64,000 nucleotides of DNA from Candidatus Bathyarchaeota archaeon (GTDB lineage Archaea > Thermoproteota > Bathyarchaeia > Bathyarchaeales > Bathycorpusculaceae): assembly GCA_963806535.1 (NCBI GenBank), contig CAWDYC010000009.1, positions 121,190-185,189 of the forward strand, given 5' to 3'. Below, piece after piece: positions 33,675-44,181 of this stretch. How positions within the stretch are numbered: the first letter of the stretch is position 1; every line of letters starts with the position of its first letter. Below the pieces are notes generated by a model that did not search any database, was not told the origin of the DNA, and worked only from the letters and a program-made list of their open reading frames with translations. Position numbers and translations under genes: made by a program.

Positions 33675-35404
33675 TTGATTCATAATTATGATGTCGTAGT
33701 TGTTGGCGGCGGAATCGCAGGATTATACACTGCTTTAACCGCAGCTGAAAAATGCAAAGTTGCCGTCGTCAGCAAAGTGCATGTTACACGTTCTCACTCA
33801 GTTGCTGCACAAGGTGGAATAGCTGCTAGCCTTGGAAACGAGGAAGAGGACCATTGGGAATGGCATATGTATGATACGGTTAAAGGCAGCGATTACCTCG
33901 CTGATCAAGAAGCAGTGGAAATTTTAGCTAAAGAAGCACCAAACACTATTGCCGCTCTCGAACACATGGGTGTACCCTTTACTCGAAACGTACAAGGCAA
34001 AATTGAGCAGCGCCGATTCGGAGGACACACAAGCCACTATGGAGCAAAAGCCAGTAAAACGGGCATGCTACGTTTCTGATCGCACAGGCAGAGCAATAAT
34101 GGATACGCTCTATGACCTTTGCCAAACTAAAGGAATAGACTTTTACAATGAATTTTTTATTTTGAAGCTGCTGTTTTCGAGGTGAACATTGCTGTGGAGC
34201 CGCTGGCTACGATATTGCCAGTTGTGAACCGCATGTTTTCCATGCAAAATCAATTGTATTGGCGACTGGCGGAAGCGGCAAAATCTATAAAACTACATCA
34301 AACGGGTTTGCTTCAACAGCCGACGGATTCGCATTAGCTATGGATTCACTTATTCCTCTTGAGGATATGGAGTTTGTCCAGTTTCATCCAACTGGCATTT
34401 ACGGCCTGGGAATTCTTGTAAGTGAAGCAGCTCGTGCTGAAGGCGGAGTATTACGAAACGGCAAAGGTGAGCGTTTTATGGAACGTTATGCGCCCATTTT
34501 GAAGGATCTAGCTCCACGAGACATTATTTCAAGGGCAATATTAACTGAGATAAATGAAGGAAGAGGCGTAGAGGGCAAGGACTACGTTCATCTTGACTTG
34601 ACACATAATCGACAAAACAAAATTAATAGAAAAGCTACCTGAAATCTCATCTTTCGTTCAAACATACTTGGGTATTGATCCAAGTGAAACGCCTAGTTCC
34701 TGTGGCTCCTACATGCCATTACATGATGGGCGGGATCCCCACTGATTCTGATGGCCGTGTTTTGGCGAATGAAACTGGCGCCGTTTTGCCAGGTCTTTTT
34801 GCGGTTGGTGAATGCGCATGTGTCAGTGTTCATGGAGCAAATCGTTTGGGTTGTAACTCTCTTATTGATCTAGTAGTTTTTGGACGCAGGGCAGGCATTA
34901 GCGCTTGCCACACATGCCAAAGAAAAAGATTTGCCACTTCTTCCCCAGCAAGCCGAAAGCATTGTGGTTGACAGGATTAGCAATTTACTTAGTTCTTCTG
35001 GAAATGAGCATGTGCCAGTTTTGCGGGAAGCTATGCAGCGTCTGATGACCGAGAAATGCAGCGTCTTTAGAAATGGCGATTTGCTTGAAGAGGCGCGAAA
35101 CGAAATTTGCCAAATTGAAAAACGCTATCTGAATGTTGGCATACGTAATAAAAGCAAGATATTCAACTATGAGCTGCAAGAAGCATTTGAACTATGCAAC
35201 ATGCTAAAAACAGCAAAAGCAATCGTTTTTTCAGCCCTTCAAAGAAAGGAAAGCCGTGGTGCTCATTACCGCAGCGATTTTCCTGAAAGAAATGATGAAA
35301 AGGGTTTGAGGCACGCACTGGTCCTTTTAACGCCAGAAGGGCTTAAAACCACTTACAAACCCGTGTCCATTACTCGTTTCACCCCTGAAAAACGGAGGTA
35401 CTAA
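33675..35404 (+). CDS. sdhA: Succinate dehydrogenase/fumarate reductase flavoprotein (frameshifted)
   Basis: [19 protein letters not shown]-histidyl motif, QFHPTG, HYMMGG, HGANRLG and ESRGAH. Confidence 0.92.
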
Positions 35405-35405
35405 C

Positions 35406-36131
35406 ATGAAAGTCACATTGAAAATTTATCGCTTCAACCCTGAAGTCGACAACGAATCTCACTTTGACATTTTCACTATTGATGCAAACCCAAACGACCG
35501 AATCCTTGATTGCCTAAACAAAATTAGGTGGGAACAAGACAGCAGCTTAACCTACAGAATGTCTTGCGCCCATGGAATATGCGGTTCTGATGCAGTAAAC
35601 ATTAACGGGATACCTTCCTTAGCCTGCCAAAAACTAATCGAAGACTTCAACCCCGCGAAGGAAATATTGATTGAACCCCTAAAATTTTTTCCAACAATAA
35701 AAGACTTAACAGTTGATATGGAGCCTTTTTTCCAAAGAATAAGAGCGATTAACCCAAAGCCGTCTTCAGCTTCGCCCGTTGACTCCGTGAATAATGAGAG
35801 ACTGCAAAACATAGAAGAGCGAAACAGAATCGACGATGCCGTCAAATGCATACTTTGCGGTTGCTGCGTTGCCGCTTGCCCAGTTATCCTAGAGCAAGAA
35901 CCAAGATTTATCGGCCCAGCAGCCATCTTGAGAGCACAAAAATACATATTTGATTCCCGAAGAACTGATACAACCGAACGCATGAATGTTATGGAGAAGC
36001 CTTACGGAATTTGGGGTTGCAAAAGCTACTATATGTGCACAGTTGTGTGTCCAAAGAAAATTAAAGTAACCGAGCAGATAATAAAGACCAAGAAGAAAAT
36101 CATTCAGGAACTTCATCCTAAAAGTAAGTAG
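35406..36131 (+). CDS. sdhB: Succinate dehydrogenase/fumarate reductase Fe-S subunit
   Basis: CAHGICGSD..C, CILCGCCVAACP and CKSYYMCTVVCP clusters. Confidence 0.92.
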   Translation: MKVTLKIYRFNPEVDNESHFDIFTIDANPNDRILDCLNKIRWEQDSSLTYRMSCAHGICGSDAVNINGIPSLACQKLIEDFNPAKEILIEPLKFFPTIKDLTVDMEPFFQRIRAINPKPSSASPVDSVNNERLQNIEERNRIDDAVKCILCGCCVAACPVILEQEPRFIGPAAILRAQKYIFDSRRTDTTERMNVMEKPYGIWGCKSYYMCTVVCPKKIKVTEQIIKTKKKIIQELHPKSK

Positions 36132-36149
36132 CGAGATGCAAAAAGAAAA

Positions 36150-37535
36150 ATGGAAACCCGCAAAGAAGCCGACCCGTTAGGCGAGAGATTAATCCCTAAT
36201 GAAGCCTACTATGGAATTCAAACACTTCGGGCAATAGAAAATTTTCCTGTCAGCGGCGTAAAAGCGCCCTTGCCTTTCATTAAAGCTTATGTTCTTACAA
36301 AAAAGGCTGCTGCAATAGCCAACATTCGGGTAGGTTGGCTTGAAGAAGAAAAAGCAAAAGGCATAATTGAGGCTTGTGACGAAATTTTAGCGGGCAAACT
36401 GCTTGACCAGTTTAAGGTTGATGTTTTTCAAGCGGGTGCTGGCACTTCTTTTAACATGAACGTTAATGAAGTTTTAGCGAATAGAGCTCTAGAAATTTTG
36501 GGTAAAAAGAAAGGTGACTACAAAACTATTAGCCCCAACGACCATGTGAATATGGGACAATCGACCAACGATACGTTTCCAACAGCACTTCATGTTTCGG
36601 TTCTTATGTCTTTGCAGCCGTTACTAGTTTCGCTCGATGAGTTGGCAGATGCGTTTAACGAGCTTGGCAAAAAATATGGTCATATATTAAAGTCAGGCAG
36701 AACGCACTTGCAAGACGCAGTGCCAGTTACTATAGGCCAAGAATTCACCGCTTATGGTTCAGCAATCGCAAATGCCTCCGCCGAGCTACGAAAAAGACAG
36801 GAAAACCTGTACACTGTCGCTTTAGGAGGCACCGCAGTTGGAACAGGAGCAAACGCGCACCCTGATTACAAACGTTTAGCAATAGCAGAGTTGGCGAACC
36901 TAACAGGTTTTGCTCTCACGCCAGCAGCAAACAATTTCGAAGCTCTGCAAAGCCATAGAGCAACCCAAACCGTTTCAAGTGGTCTTAAAGAATTAGCCTT
37001 GGAACTTATCCGTATCTCTAATGATCTGCGTCTACTGGCATCAGGTCCCACAACTGGATTAAACGAGATTGCCCTCCCGCCTGTTCAGCCTGGCTCATCT
37101 ATTATGCCTGGAAAAGTGAATCCAGTGATGGCTGAATGTTTAGACATGGTAGCGTACCAAGTTGTTGGTAACGATTTGGCGACATCTTTAGCTGTTCAAG
37201 CAGGACAAATTGATCTAAATGTTATGACGCCAACCATCATGTACAATGTGCTTTTCTCAATTCAAATCTTAAGCAACTACATTCCAGCTTTTACCAGCAA
37301 ATGTATCAGGGGCATAACTGTCAATGTGACAGAATGTAACCATTACTTAGAAAAGAATCCGGCATTAGCCACGTTGCTTTCACCCTACATTGGCTATTTG
37401 GAAGCCGCAAAAATCGCAAAACAAGCCCAAGTTGAAAACCGCTCCGTAAAAGAAATAGCGCTAGAAAAGAAACTGCTTAAGCAAGATGAAATCGAGAAGA
37501 TATTTAGTCGCAAAAACTTGCTTAACGAACAATAA
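36150..37535 (+). CDS. Aspartate ammonia-lyase / class II fumarase family lyase
   Basis: YYGIQTLRA, QSTNDTFPT, GRTHLQDA and GSSIMPGKVNP. Confidence 0.9.
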   Translation: METRKEADPLGERLIPNEAYYGIQTLRAIENFPVSGVKAPLPFIKAYVLTKKAAAIANIRVGWLEEEKAKGIIEACDEILAGKLLDQFKVDVFQAGAGTSFNMNVNEVLANRALEILGKKKGDYKTISPNDHVNMGQSTNDTFPTALHVSVLMSLQPLLVSLDELADAFNELGKKYGHILKSGRTHLQDAVPVTIGQEFTAYGSAIANASAELRKRQENLYTVALGGTAVGTGANAHPDYKRLAIAELANLTGFALTPAANNFEALQSHRATQTVSSGLKELALELIRISNDLRLLASGPTTGLNEIALPPVQPGSSIMPGKVNPVMAECLDMVAYQVVGNDLATSLAVQAGQIDLNVMTPTIMYNVLFSIQILSNYIPAFTSKCIRGITVNVTECNHYLEKNPALATLLSPYIGYLEAAKIAKQAQVENRSVKEIALEKKLLKQDEIEKIFSRKNLLNEQ

Positions 37536-37632
37536 TTGAGTCAACGTAAACCATTCGATCTATTTGCAATCTAAAAAACGTCTATTCTCTTAATTTAATT
37601 GACATTAACATTTGGCAATCAGAAGCTTGAAG

Positions 37633-38979
37633 TTATCCTGCTGTGCCGTAGCCGCTAACAGAAACAACAGCGTTTGTCGAACTTGAACTTGATTGAGCAT
37701 CGACCACGATTGCCCATATTAAATCTTGGGAAGGATACAGTTGCATCATATCATCATTTGATAACCAAATTGCGCTGTTGTTGGTGAAGGTTTTGGTAAC
37801 GCTATTTGAGATTACGTTGTCAGCAAATTGTAAACGAATTCTCACTGTTATCGTTTCGTTGTTTGCAAAATTGCTTGTTACTTGAATTTTGGGTGTGAAA
37901 GTGAAGATTCTAAGAGGAAAGGTTTCGACAGTCAAATTAGCTCCATACTGATTGTTGACTCCTACAGGAACATTCTCGTTTTGTCTTTCAAAAGCACTTC
38001 CAACTCCAGAAATCCAATTACCATATGGGCTATGAATCATAGCAGTCCAGTTACCCAAAAAGCTAACGCCACTATCCAATATCGGAGAATATTTTGCGGT
38101 TTGCCCAATATCAATGGCGAACATGCTGTCAGGTTGATCGGTGAACGATTCGAAAACCACTCCGACTAACAAGGATTGAGTCATGGTGCCGCCAAGGAAA
38201 AGTCCAGTTTGATTAGTTACCCCATCTTGACCCATCCACATTCGGACATCTTGCATCTGGCTGTCTGAAAACTCAGCCAACGTCTCAACGTTCACACCTA
38301 TGCTGTTATCTCTTAGGTTAAAGAAGCAACGGTCAATTTGTGAACTTGCGTATGACCCCGTCGCATTGCCATTTGGCGTTCGAAATGCAATGCCTTCGGT
38401 TGCATTAATGAAGTAGCAATCTTCAATTTTGGTGTTTTCACTCCATGATTTAGTGTTGGCCAACTCTAGTCCAGTCGTGGTGTTTTCGAAGATTATGTTG
38501 GATATTGTTGTTCCAAAAGAGTTTTCGATTCGTATAGTTCCATTAATTATAGTTAAACCTGAAATTACTGCGTATTCTGAAGAGGTATAGTTATCTCCGC
38601 TTAAGATTATTTTGTGACCATTGCCAACTATTGTTGCCTCTTCGCCGATAATTTTAGCATTTATCTTATTTGAAACTAAAATGTCTTGATCTAAAAAGTA
38701 AGTTCCACGATTGAGATAAACTGATTTGCCTTGAGTTAACGCTATGTTAATCGCGGATGAGGCGCCTGATGAGACACTGGCTGAGTATCCTGTTATCATA
38801 TTTTTTAATTGATAATTACTGCCGTTTGGAGAAATAACAAAATCATAATCCACAGCAGTTTCGGAACTATTGGGTCTGATAAGAATCAAATAAGTATTGA
38901 ATGCTGAAAATGCAAGCAAAGCAACAAGCAAAATAACAATAACGCGTCTAGAGATAGTTTTCTTTGAATTAACTGTCAT
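37633..38979 (-). CDS. Membrane-anchored protein with a probable right-handed beta-helix (pectin-lyase-like) domain
   Basis: N-terminal TM, then AINIAL..GKSVYLNRGTY and repetitive I-x-N/D beta-strands. Confidence 0.55.
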   Translation of the reverse strand: MTVNSKKTISRRVIVILLVALLAFSAFNTYLILIRPNSSETAVDYDFVISPNGSNYQLKNMITGYSASVSSGASSAINIALTQGKSVYLNRGTYFLDQDILVSNKINAKIIGEEATIVGNGHKIILSGDNYTSSEYAVISGLTIINGTIRIENSFGTTISNIIFENTTTGLELANTKSWSENTKIEDCYFINATEGIAFRTPNGNATGSYASSQIDRCFFNLRDNSIGVNVETLAEFSDSQMQDVRMWMGQDGVTNQTGLFLGGTMTQSLLVGVVFESFTDQPDSMFAIDIGQTAKYSPILDSGVSFLGNWTAMIHSPYGNWISGVGSAFERQNENVPVGVNNQYGANLTVETFPLRIFTFTPKIQVTSNFANNETITVRIRLQFADNVISNSVTKTFTNNSAIWLSNDDMMQLYPSQDLIWAIVVDAQSSSSSTNAVVSVSGYGTAG

Positions 38980-39228
38980 TTTGTAAGGCTCAGCGAGTTT
39001 TAAGGTACATGTAGAGAATCTTTGTTAATTAAATTTTATCCCAATCTGCCCTAACGACATCAAATAATATTACGCATGAGACTTTATTTGGAAAAAAAAG
39101 CTACTATAAATCCTACTCGAAAACTTTCACAGTACTTGGTAAAGCATTACTTTGATCTGCTATGTTCCAATTGAGATTAGAATAGATATTTTGGTTAGTT
39201 GAAATGAACAGCTACTAATTCATAATCA

Positions 39229-39508
39229 TTATATTGGTTCAAGAGTTACTTCTAAAACAAATCCTTCGAGACTTGGCTCATTACGCTTCAGTAGCGACAT
39301 CGTCAGCTTTGGAATAATTAAACGTCCATCTTTATGCATCGTTGCCAGAAAACTCTCTCTGACTCCTAAGACGCCTACTATGGTTATAGTGACTTTAAAA
39401 ACCTCAGCTGGCTCTAACTTGTATTTCCACTGAATCAGCTTGGGCACTTGTAGGCGATCTCGTTTCTGCAGTATTGTTTTTATAAATAACATTTTGATTT
39501 AACGGCAA
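39229..39508 (-). CDS. Tandem AbrB/SpoVT swapped-hairpin (MraZ-like) DNA-binding protein
   Basis: Two AbrB-like repeats (LQKRDRLQVPKLIQW; MHKDGRLIIPKLTM). The ORF is intact from ATG 39492. A TTG at 39508 plus a 1-nt indel in the T5 run at 39477-39481 would give MPLNQNVIYKTILQ. Confidence 0.65.
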
Positions 39509-40020
39509 AACCTTAATAGACCTTTCTAGACCGTGTTGGACTTTTTTAGACCTTTCCGAACCTTTCCAGACCGCAACCTGCAAAGAATTCAAGCTCTAAA
39601 TCTGAAAACCAACTTAAACCACAAAGAAAAACTCCACACAAAAATCCCGCTACAACTTTCTTTCTCAGAAAAGTTCAAGACCACTGAACGCAAATAAACG
39701 CGATACAACGGGGATAAACGCAGATCAACGCAGAACAACGGGAAACAACGCAGTTCAACGGGAAAAAACGCAACCTGCAGAAGATTTAAGCTTTGCTTCA
39801 AAAAACCAACTTGAAACACAAAGAACAAATTTGCGTAAAAAAAATGCAGTAGAGTTGGCTAAGCTTCACTTCTTGAAAGTTTACGACAACTTATTTTTGC
39901 CTTTCTCTTGGGGTTTTTGCAGATTCTTGCATTTTCTTGCATTTAAAGACACAACCTGCAACCGAAACAAACCCGAAAACAAAAAAGCAATCTAAAACAC
40001 AAAGAACAAATCTGCACAAA
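39508..40020. repeat. Three tandem modules, each a 10-bp-period array plus a conserved ~70 bp block
   Basis: Arrays: AGACC-like x7 (39508-39572), AACG x9 (39687-39770), TTGC x4 (39897-39940). CAACCTGCA at 39574/39771/39952 is each followed exactly 46 bp later by CACAAAGAA. Confidence 0.9.
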
Positions 40021-40163
40021 ATCACCCAAAAAAAAATTCCTCACTCATTTCTATTAGCCATCTGTGCTGAGCTTTCTTTAGAAATATATGAAAACTAAGA
40101 ATTCTTCCAAGAAAAAAAAGAACTTAAACTTATCGAAATAGCTAACATAAAACACTAGACTAA

Positions 40164-40460
40164 TTAGAGCTTCATTATTTGTGCGTGAGGTACGCCTTCG
40201 ATTTTTATTACTGCATCCGGATGCACATAACCCTCATCTATTGCTTTTTCAACACAAGTTTTCCCCACAAGATTAACTATCGTTGAATTGTCAATCATAC
40301 CCATAGCTTCGTCAACTGTTGCTTTTCGTCCATTGTAAAACTCGTCTTTAATGCGAAAGACAATTTTGCCTTCCCGAAGTGTTTTGCCGAGAAGTTCACA
40401 GTCGCAAACTGCTAATAACACGTTTGCCCCGACTTGTTTGAGATTAACGTAAACTTCCAT
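40164..40460 (-). CDS. DUF424 family protein
   Basis: LLAVCDCELLGK, FYNG, NLVG and GVPHAQ motifs. Usual neighbour of aIF-2beta. Confidence 0.85.
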   Translation of the reverse strand: MEVYVNLKQVGANVLLAVCDCELLGKTLREGKIVFRIKDEFYNGRKATVDEAMGMIDNSTIVNLVGKTCVEKAIDEGYVHPDAVIKIEGVPHAQIMKL

Positions 40461-40470
40461 TTTAGCTCAC

Positions 40471-40881
40471 TCACAATTGTTTAATTGATGATTTGGCGCC
40501 GCAAGCATTACACACCAAGAAAGAGAGGCGTTTTTCCTTAACTATTCTGGTATCAGGACGTTTGCAAACTGGGCAAATCACATAGCTTTCTAGATACCTC
40601 TGAAGTAATCGTTCAAAACTGTCGCCCCGAAATTTTCCTTGAAAAATTGCTCTTGAATCCTGGAAAGTTGCAGCCGTAGCCATTTCTCTGGTCAGAAACT
40701 TCAAGATGTGTTGAGGATCTCTATCTAAGGCATCAGAAACTTCTTTGAAATTTGAAATTATTGTTCGCATACCAACTGTATTGATATACAATCTTGGTAA
40801 TTCTAAGCGCTCACGCTTGGTTGAAACTTCAGGCATCTGAGCACATGCTTTTTTTAGGAGTTCGTCATAATTGAAGGACAT
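40471..40881 (-). CDS. eif2b: Translation initiation factor aIF-2 beta
   Basis: YDELLKKA, TIISNF and the CPVCKRPDT..CNACGA zinc ribbon. Start at ATG 40881. Confidence 0.95.
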   Translation of the reverse strand: MSFNYDELLKKACAQMPEVSTKRERLELPRLYINTVGMRTIISNFKEVSDALDRDPQHILKFLTREMATAATFQDSRAIFQGKFRGDSFERLLQRYLESYVICPVCKRPDTRIVKEKRLSFLVCNACGAKSSIKQL

Positions 40882-41040
40882 ATCTCGTATCTCATCAATG
40901 GATTGTGTTAGGATATATTTAAAAATTATAATCAAAACACTCATATTGAACGTGGAAAATATCATAATTTCCACAGACAACTAATATAAATTCGGAAATA
41001 GCAATCATCATAAGCTTGAACTAACATATGGGGCTATCTC

Positions 41041-42012
41041 ATGAGCAATGAACAGAAGACTGTCAGAATAGACGACATCCACCAGCAAATCGAAAAGCTA
41101 AGGGAACAGGCTAACACAGCGAACGCTCAAATCACAAAACATATCGAGCAAAGAGACCAGCTAAACGAATTAGTGAAGAAAACTCATCAAGAAATCAATG
41201 AGTTAAAAACAGAGCGTGACTCTTTAAACGAGAAAGTTAAGTTGCTAAAAGAGCAACGAGACACTATCAGAGCCAAAGCCACACCGATTATCGAGCAAAT
41301 AAATGCCAGAAAAGAAAAAATCGCTGAGTACAAAAAGAAAATCCCGCGTGAAAGACAGCAGGATCTACAGCAAGAGCTTGACGCAATTGAATGGAAAATA
41401 CAGACTACTTCTCTTGATTTGCAAGAAGAAAAAGGGCTAATTGAAAATGTCAAGCAGCTTGAAACTCTTCTCAGTGCTTACAAAAAAATTGATGCTCAAA
41501 ATAAAAAAATCAAAGATTTAATAATCCAATGTAAAGCTATTGAAGATGAAGCTGATGTATTCCATAATAAACTGACAGAATTAGCCAAGAAAAGTCAAGA
41601 TTTACATTCTAAAATGATTGAAAAAGTAAACTCTGTAAAAATCAGCCGAGCTCAAGCTGACGGCTTACATCAAGCTTACATAAAAACTAAGGAAGATATT
41701 GTACAGACGTATGTTAGAATCGCGGAATTAACTGGCCAATTACGTGGTTTGCGAACAGCCATGTATGAGGAAGAAAAACTCAGAAGATTGGCGGCTCAAT
41801 TAGCATACAGAGAAAAAGAGAAGGCGTTTAAAGAAAGAGAGAGCGCAGCTAAAGAACAACAAATAGTGGTTAAAGAAAAACAGAATGCTATTAAAGAGAA
41901 ACTTGGGGCTGAAGCAAAAGAAAAGCTGAAGCGGGGCGAAAAATTAAGTTGGAATGAATTCCAGCTTGCTTTGGGCGACGACCCAGATGCGGACTCTGAA
42001 ACAAAAAATTAA
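41041..42012 (+). CDS. Archaeal coiled-coil protein (COG1340-like)
   Basis: Long heptad pattern, EWKIQTTSLDLQEEK and C-terminal KLKRGEKLSWNE. Confidence 0.75.
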   Translation: MSNEQKTVRIDDIHQQIEKLREQANTANAQITKHIEQRDQLNELVKKTHQEINELKTERDSLNEKVKLLKEQRDTIRAKATPIIEQINARKEKIAEYKKKIPRERQQDLQQELDAIEWKIQTTSLDLQEEKGLIENVKQLETLLSAYKKIDAQNKKIKDLIIQCKAIEDEADVFHNKLTELAKKSQDLHSKMIEKVNSVKISRAQADGLHQAYIKTKEDIVQTYVRIAELTGQLRGLRTAMYEEEKLRRLAAQLAYREKEKAFKERESAAKEQQIVVKEKQNAIKEKLGAEAKEKLKRGEKLSWNEFQLALGDDPDADSETKN

Positions 42013-42045
42013 ATTAGCTCACGTGTATTGGGAACAGAGATGTAG

Positions 42046-43269
42046 ATGGCTAAAAGGGAAACGCAAGTACCAACGCAAAAGCGTATCCTAATTTTATGTG
42101 TTGACAGAGATGGCGATTTAGAAGTTAAGGCAAGAATAAAAACGCCTCTTTTGGGAAGAACCGCAAATTTAGACGGTGCAGTTTCTTTAGCCTTGAAAGA
42201 TCCAGAAGAACCCGACGCAAACGCCATGTTTGAAGCAGTTAGGCTTTATGATAGATTACAGAATGAAAAGCAGCCCGAAGAAATTTTTGAAGTTGCAACT
42301 ATATCGGGATCTGAGTTAGGCGGCGTTAGCGCTGACAGAAAACTGGTTGTTGAATTAAGCAATTTGCTTGAGTCGTTCAGTGCTAATGAAGTTATTCTGG
42401 TTTCTGATGGTTACTCTGATGAGGCTGTTTTACCTCTTGTTGAATCCAGAGTTCCTGTTTCTTCAGTTAGACGTATAGTAATAAAGCACAGTGAATCAAT
42501 CGAAGAAACCGCTGCTCTTTTCACAAAATATCTTAGATTAATCGTGGATAACCCAAGATATGCTCGCATGGCTTTGGGTTTACCTGGGATATTGGTTTTC
42601 ATTTTTGGTATTTTATGGGGAATTAACCTATTCTATCCAGGCACCATACTCTATTACGGAGTAGCCATTGTAATTGTTCTTGGAGGCTTCTTACTTATCA
42701 AAGGCTTTGGCATTGACAAATCAGCCAAAGGTCTCTACACCTACATAAGAGAGTACTCTCCACCATCGCTACCGATGCAAATTTCAAATTACACCGTTTT
42801 CGCAGGAATATTATGCGTAGCAGTAAGCGTTTACCTTGGAATAGCAAACGTAACGAATAATGTTGCATTCACGAGTAACGTTTCCCTTCTCGTTCTGACG
42901 CCAAGAATAGCCACTTTCTTTATCAAAGGTATTCAGGACCTCATAATCGCAGGCATAATAATTGTTCTTTTTGGACGTAGCGTGCGTCTATATTTTGAAA
43001 GAGATTCAAGATTGCTGCGTAATGTTGCATTGATAGTTTCAGTTGCGTGGTTCCGTTGGATTCTTGAAGCAACAGCAAACGTTATTGCAAACGCATTTAA
43101 CTCGGTTGGTCAACCAATAATAGGCTTAAGTGATCCGAATTTTTCAACATTCTTTTTCACCATAATTGTTGGAATTCTAATCGGAATCGCTTCCGTTCTG
43201 TTAATTTTCATTGTGAGCCGATCAACCAAGGACTTCTTCCAAAAATCAGATAAGAACCTGACCAAGTAG
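42046..43269 (+). CDS. DUF373 family membrane protein
   Basis: LCVDRDGDL, DPEEPDAN and VSDGYSDE, then multiple TM helices. Confidence 0.85.
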   Translation: MAKRETQVPTQKRILILCVDRDGDLEVKARIKTPLLGRTANLDGAVSLALKDPEEPDANAMFEAVRLYDRLQNEKQPEEIFEVATISGSELGGVSADRKLVVELSNLLESFSANEVILVSDGYSDEAVLPLVESRVPVSSVRRIVIKHSESIEETAALFTKYLRLIVDNPRYARMALGLPGILVFIFGILWGINLFYPGTILYYGVAIVIVLGGFLLIKGFGIDKSAKGLYTYIREYSPPSLPMQISNYTVFAGILCVAVSVYLGIANVTNNVAFTSNVSLLVLTPRIATFFIKGIQDLIIAGIIIVLFGRSVRLYFERDSRLLRNVALIVSVAWFRWILEATANVIANAFNSVGQPIIGLSDPNFSTFFFTIIVGILIGIASVLLIFIVSRSTKDFFQKSDKNLTK

Positions 43270-43374
43270 TTTTCCCCGATATTTGACTCATATTAGGGCA
43301 AGATTTAATTGAATCCATCAAGGTTTTAACTATAATGCATCGCTCAAAACGCCAAATCTGTTTAACATTCGAGG

Positions 43375-44181
43375 TTGCGCATAATGCTTAAAAAAATGCT
43401 TTCTGTCATCGGCGCTTACAAAATTTATGAAAAATGGCTTTGGCAACAGGTCAAAAGCGGAGTAAGGCCTGAACACATTGCCATAATACTAGATGGAAAT
43501 AGGCGATGGGCAAATGAAAAAGAAGCTAAGCCTTTGCTTTTGAAAGATAAATGGGGTCATGCAGAGGGCGCTGACACTGTGGAGCAACTTTTGGATTGGT
43601 GTCACGTGATCAATGTGAAATATGTTACTCTCTACACATTTTCTACGGAGAATTTTGCTCGTCATTCAGATGAAGTTGAAAAGATTATGCAGCTTGCTGA
43701 AGAGAGGTTTCGCAAGCTTTTAAAAGATGAGCGTTTGCATCGGGACAAGATTCACGTTAAAGTTATGGGCAGAACCAACATGCTGCCTGAAAGTCTACAG
43801 AAAACCATAGAAGAGCTTGAAAAAGCAACTGAAGAGTATGATTGTTACTTCTGGAACTTTGCTTTCGCATATGGAGGCAGAGCTGAAATTATAGATGCAA
43901 CTAAAAAAATTGCAATGAAAGTTAAAGGTGGCGAGCTGGATATTGATGATGTGGATGAGAGCACTTTTGAAAAGTATCTTTACACTTCACACATGGATAA
44001 GCAAGATCCCGACATGATTATTAGAACTTCAGGTGAAGAACGATTAAGCGGGTTTTTGCTTTGGCAAGCTGCCTATAGCGAACTATTGTTTTTAGATGTC
44101 TATTGGCCTGAATTCCGCCTGATCGACCTATTAAGAGCCATCAGAACCTTCCAAAACCGGAAACGTCGGTTCGGCACATAA
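43375..44181 (+). CDS. uppS: cis-Prenyltransferase (undecaprenyl/polyprenyl diphosphate synthase)
   Basis: HIAIILDGNRRWA, FSTENF, YGGR, RTSGEERLSGFLLWQ and RRFG. Confidence 0.95.
   Translation: MRIMLKKMLSVIGAYKIYEKWLWQQVKSGVRPEHIAIILDGNRRWANEKEAKPLLLKDKWGHAEGADTVEQLLDWCHVINVKYVTLYTFSTENFARHSDEVEKIMQLAEERFRKLLKDERLHRDKIHVKVMGRTNMLPESLQKTIEELEKATEEYDCYFWNFAFAYGGRAEIIDATKKIAMKVKGGELDIDDVDESTFEKYLYTSHMDKQDPDMIIRTSGEERLSGFLLWQAAYSELLFLDVYWPEFRLIDLLRAIRTFQNRKRRFGT

Noticed and set aside
39508-40020. CRISPR array, or coding ORFs 39404-39592 and 39589-39828
   Set aside because: There are no identical 25-40 bp repeats with unique spacers and no cas genes. A 10-bp period is not codon-compatible and the ORFs look spurious.
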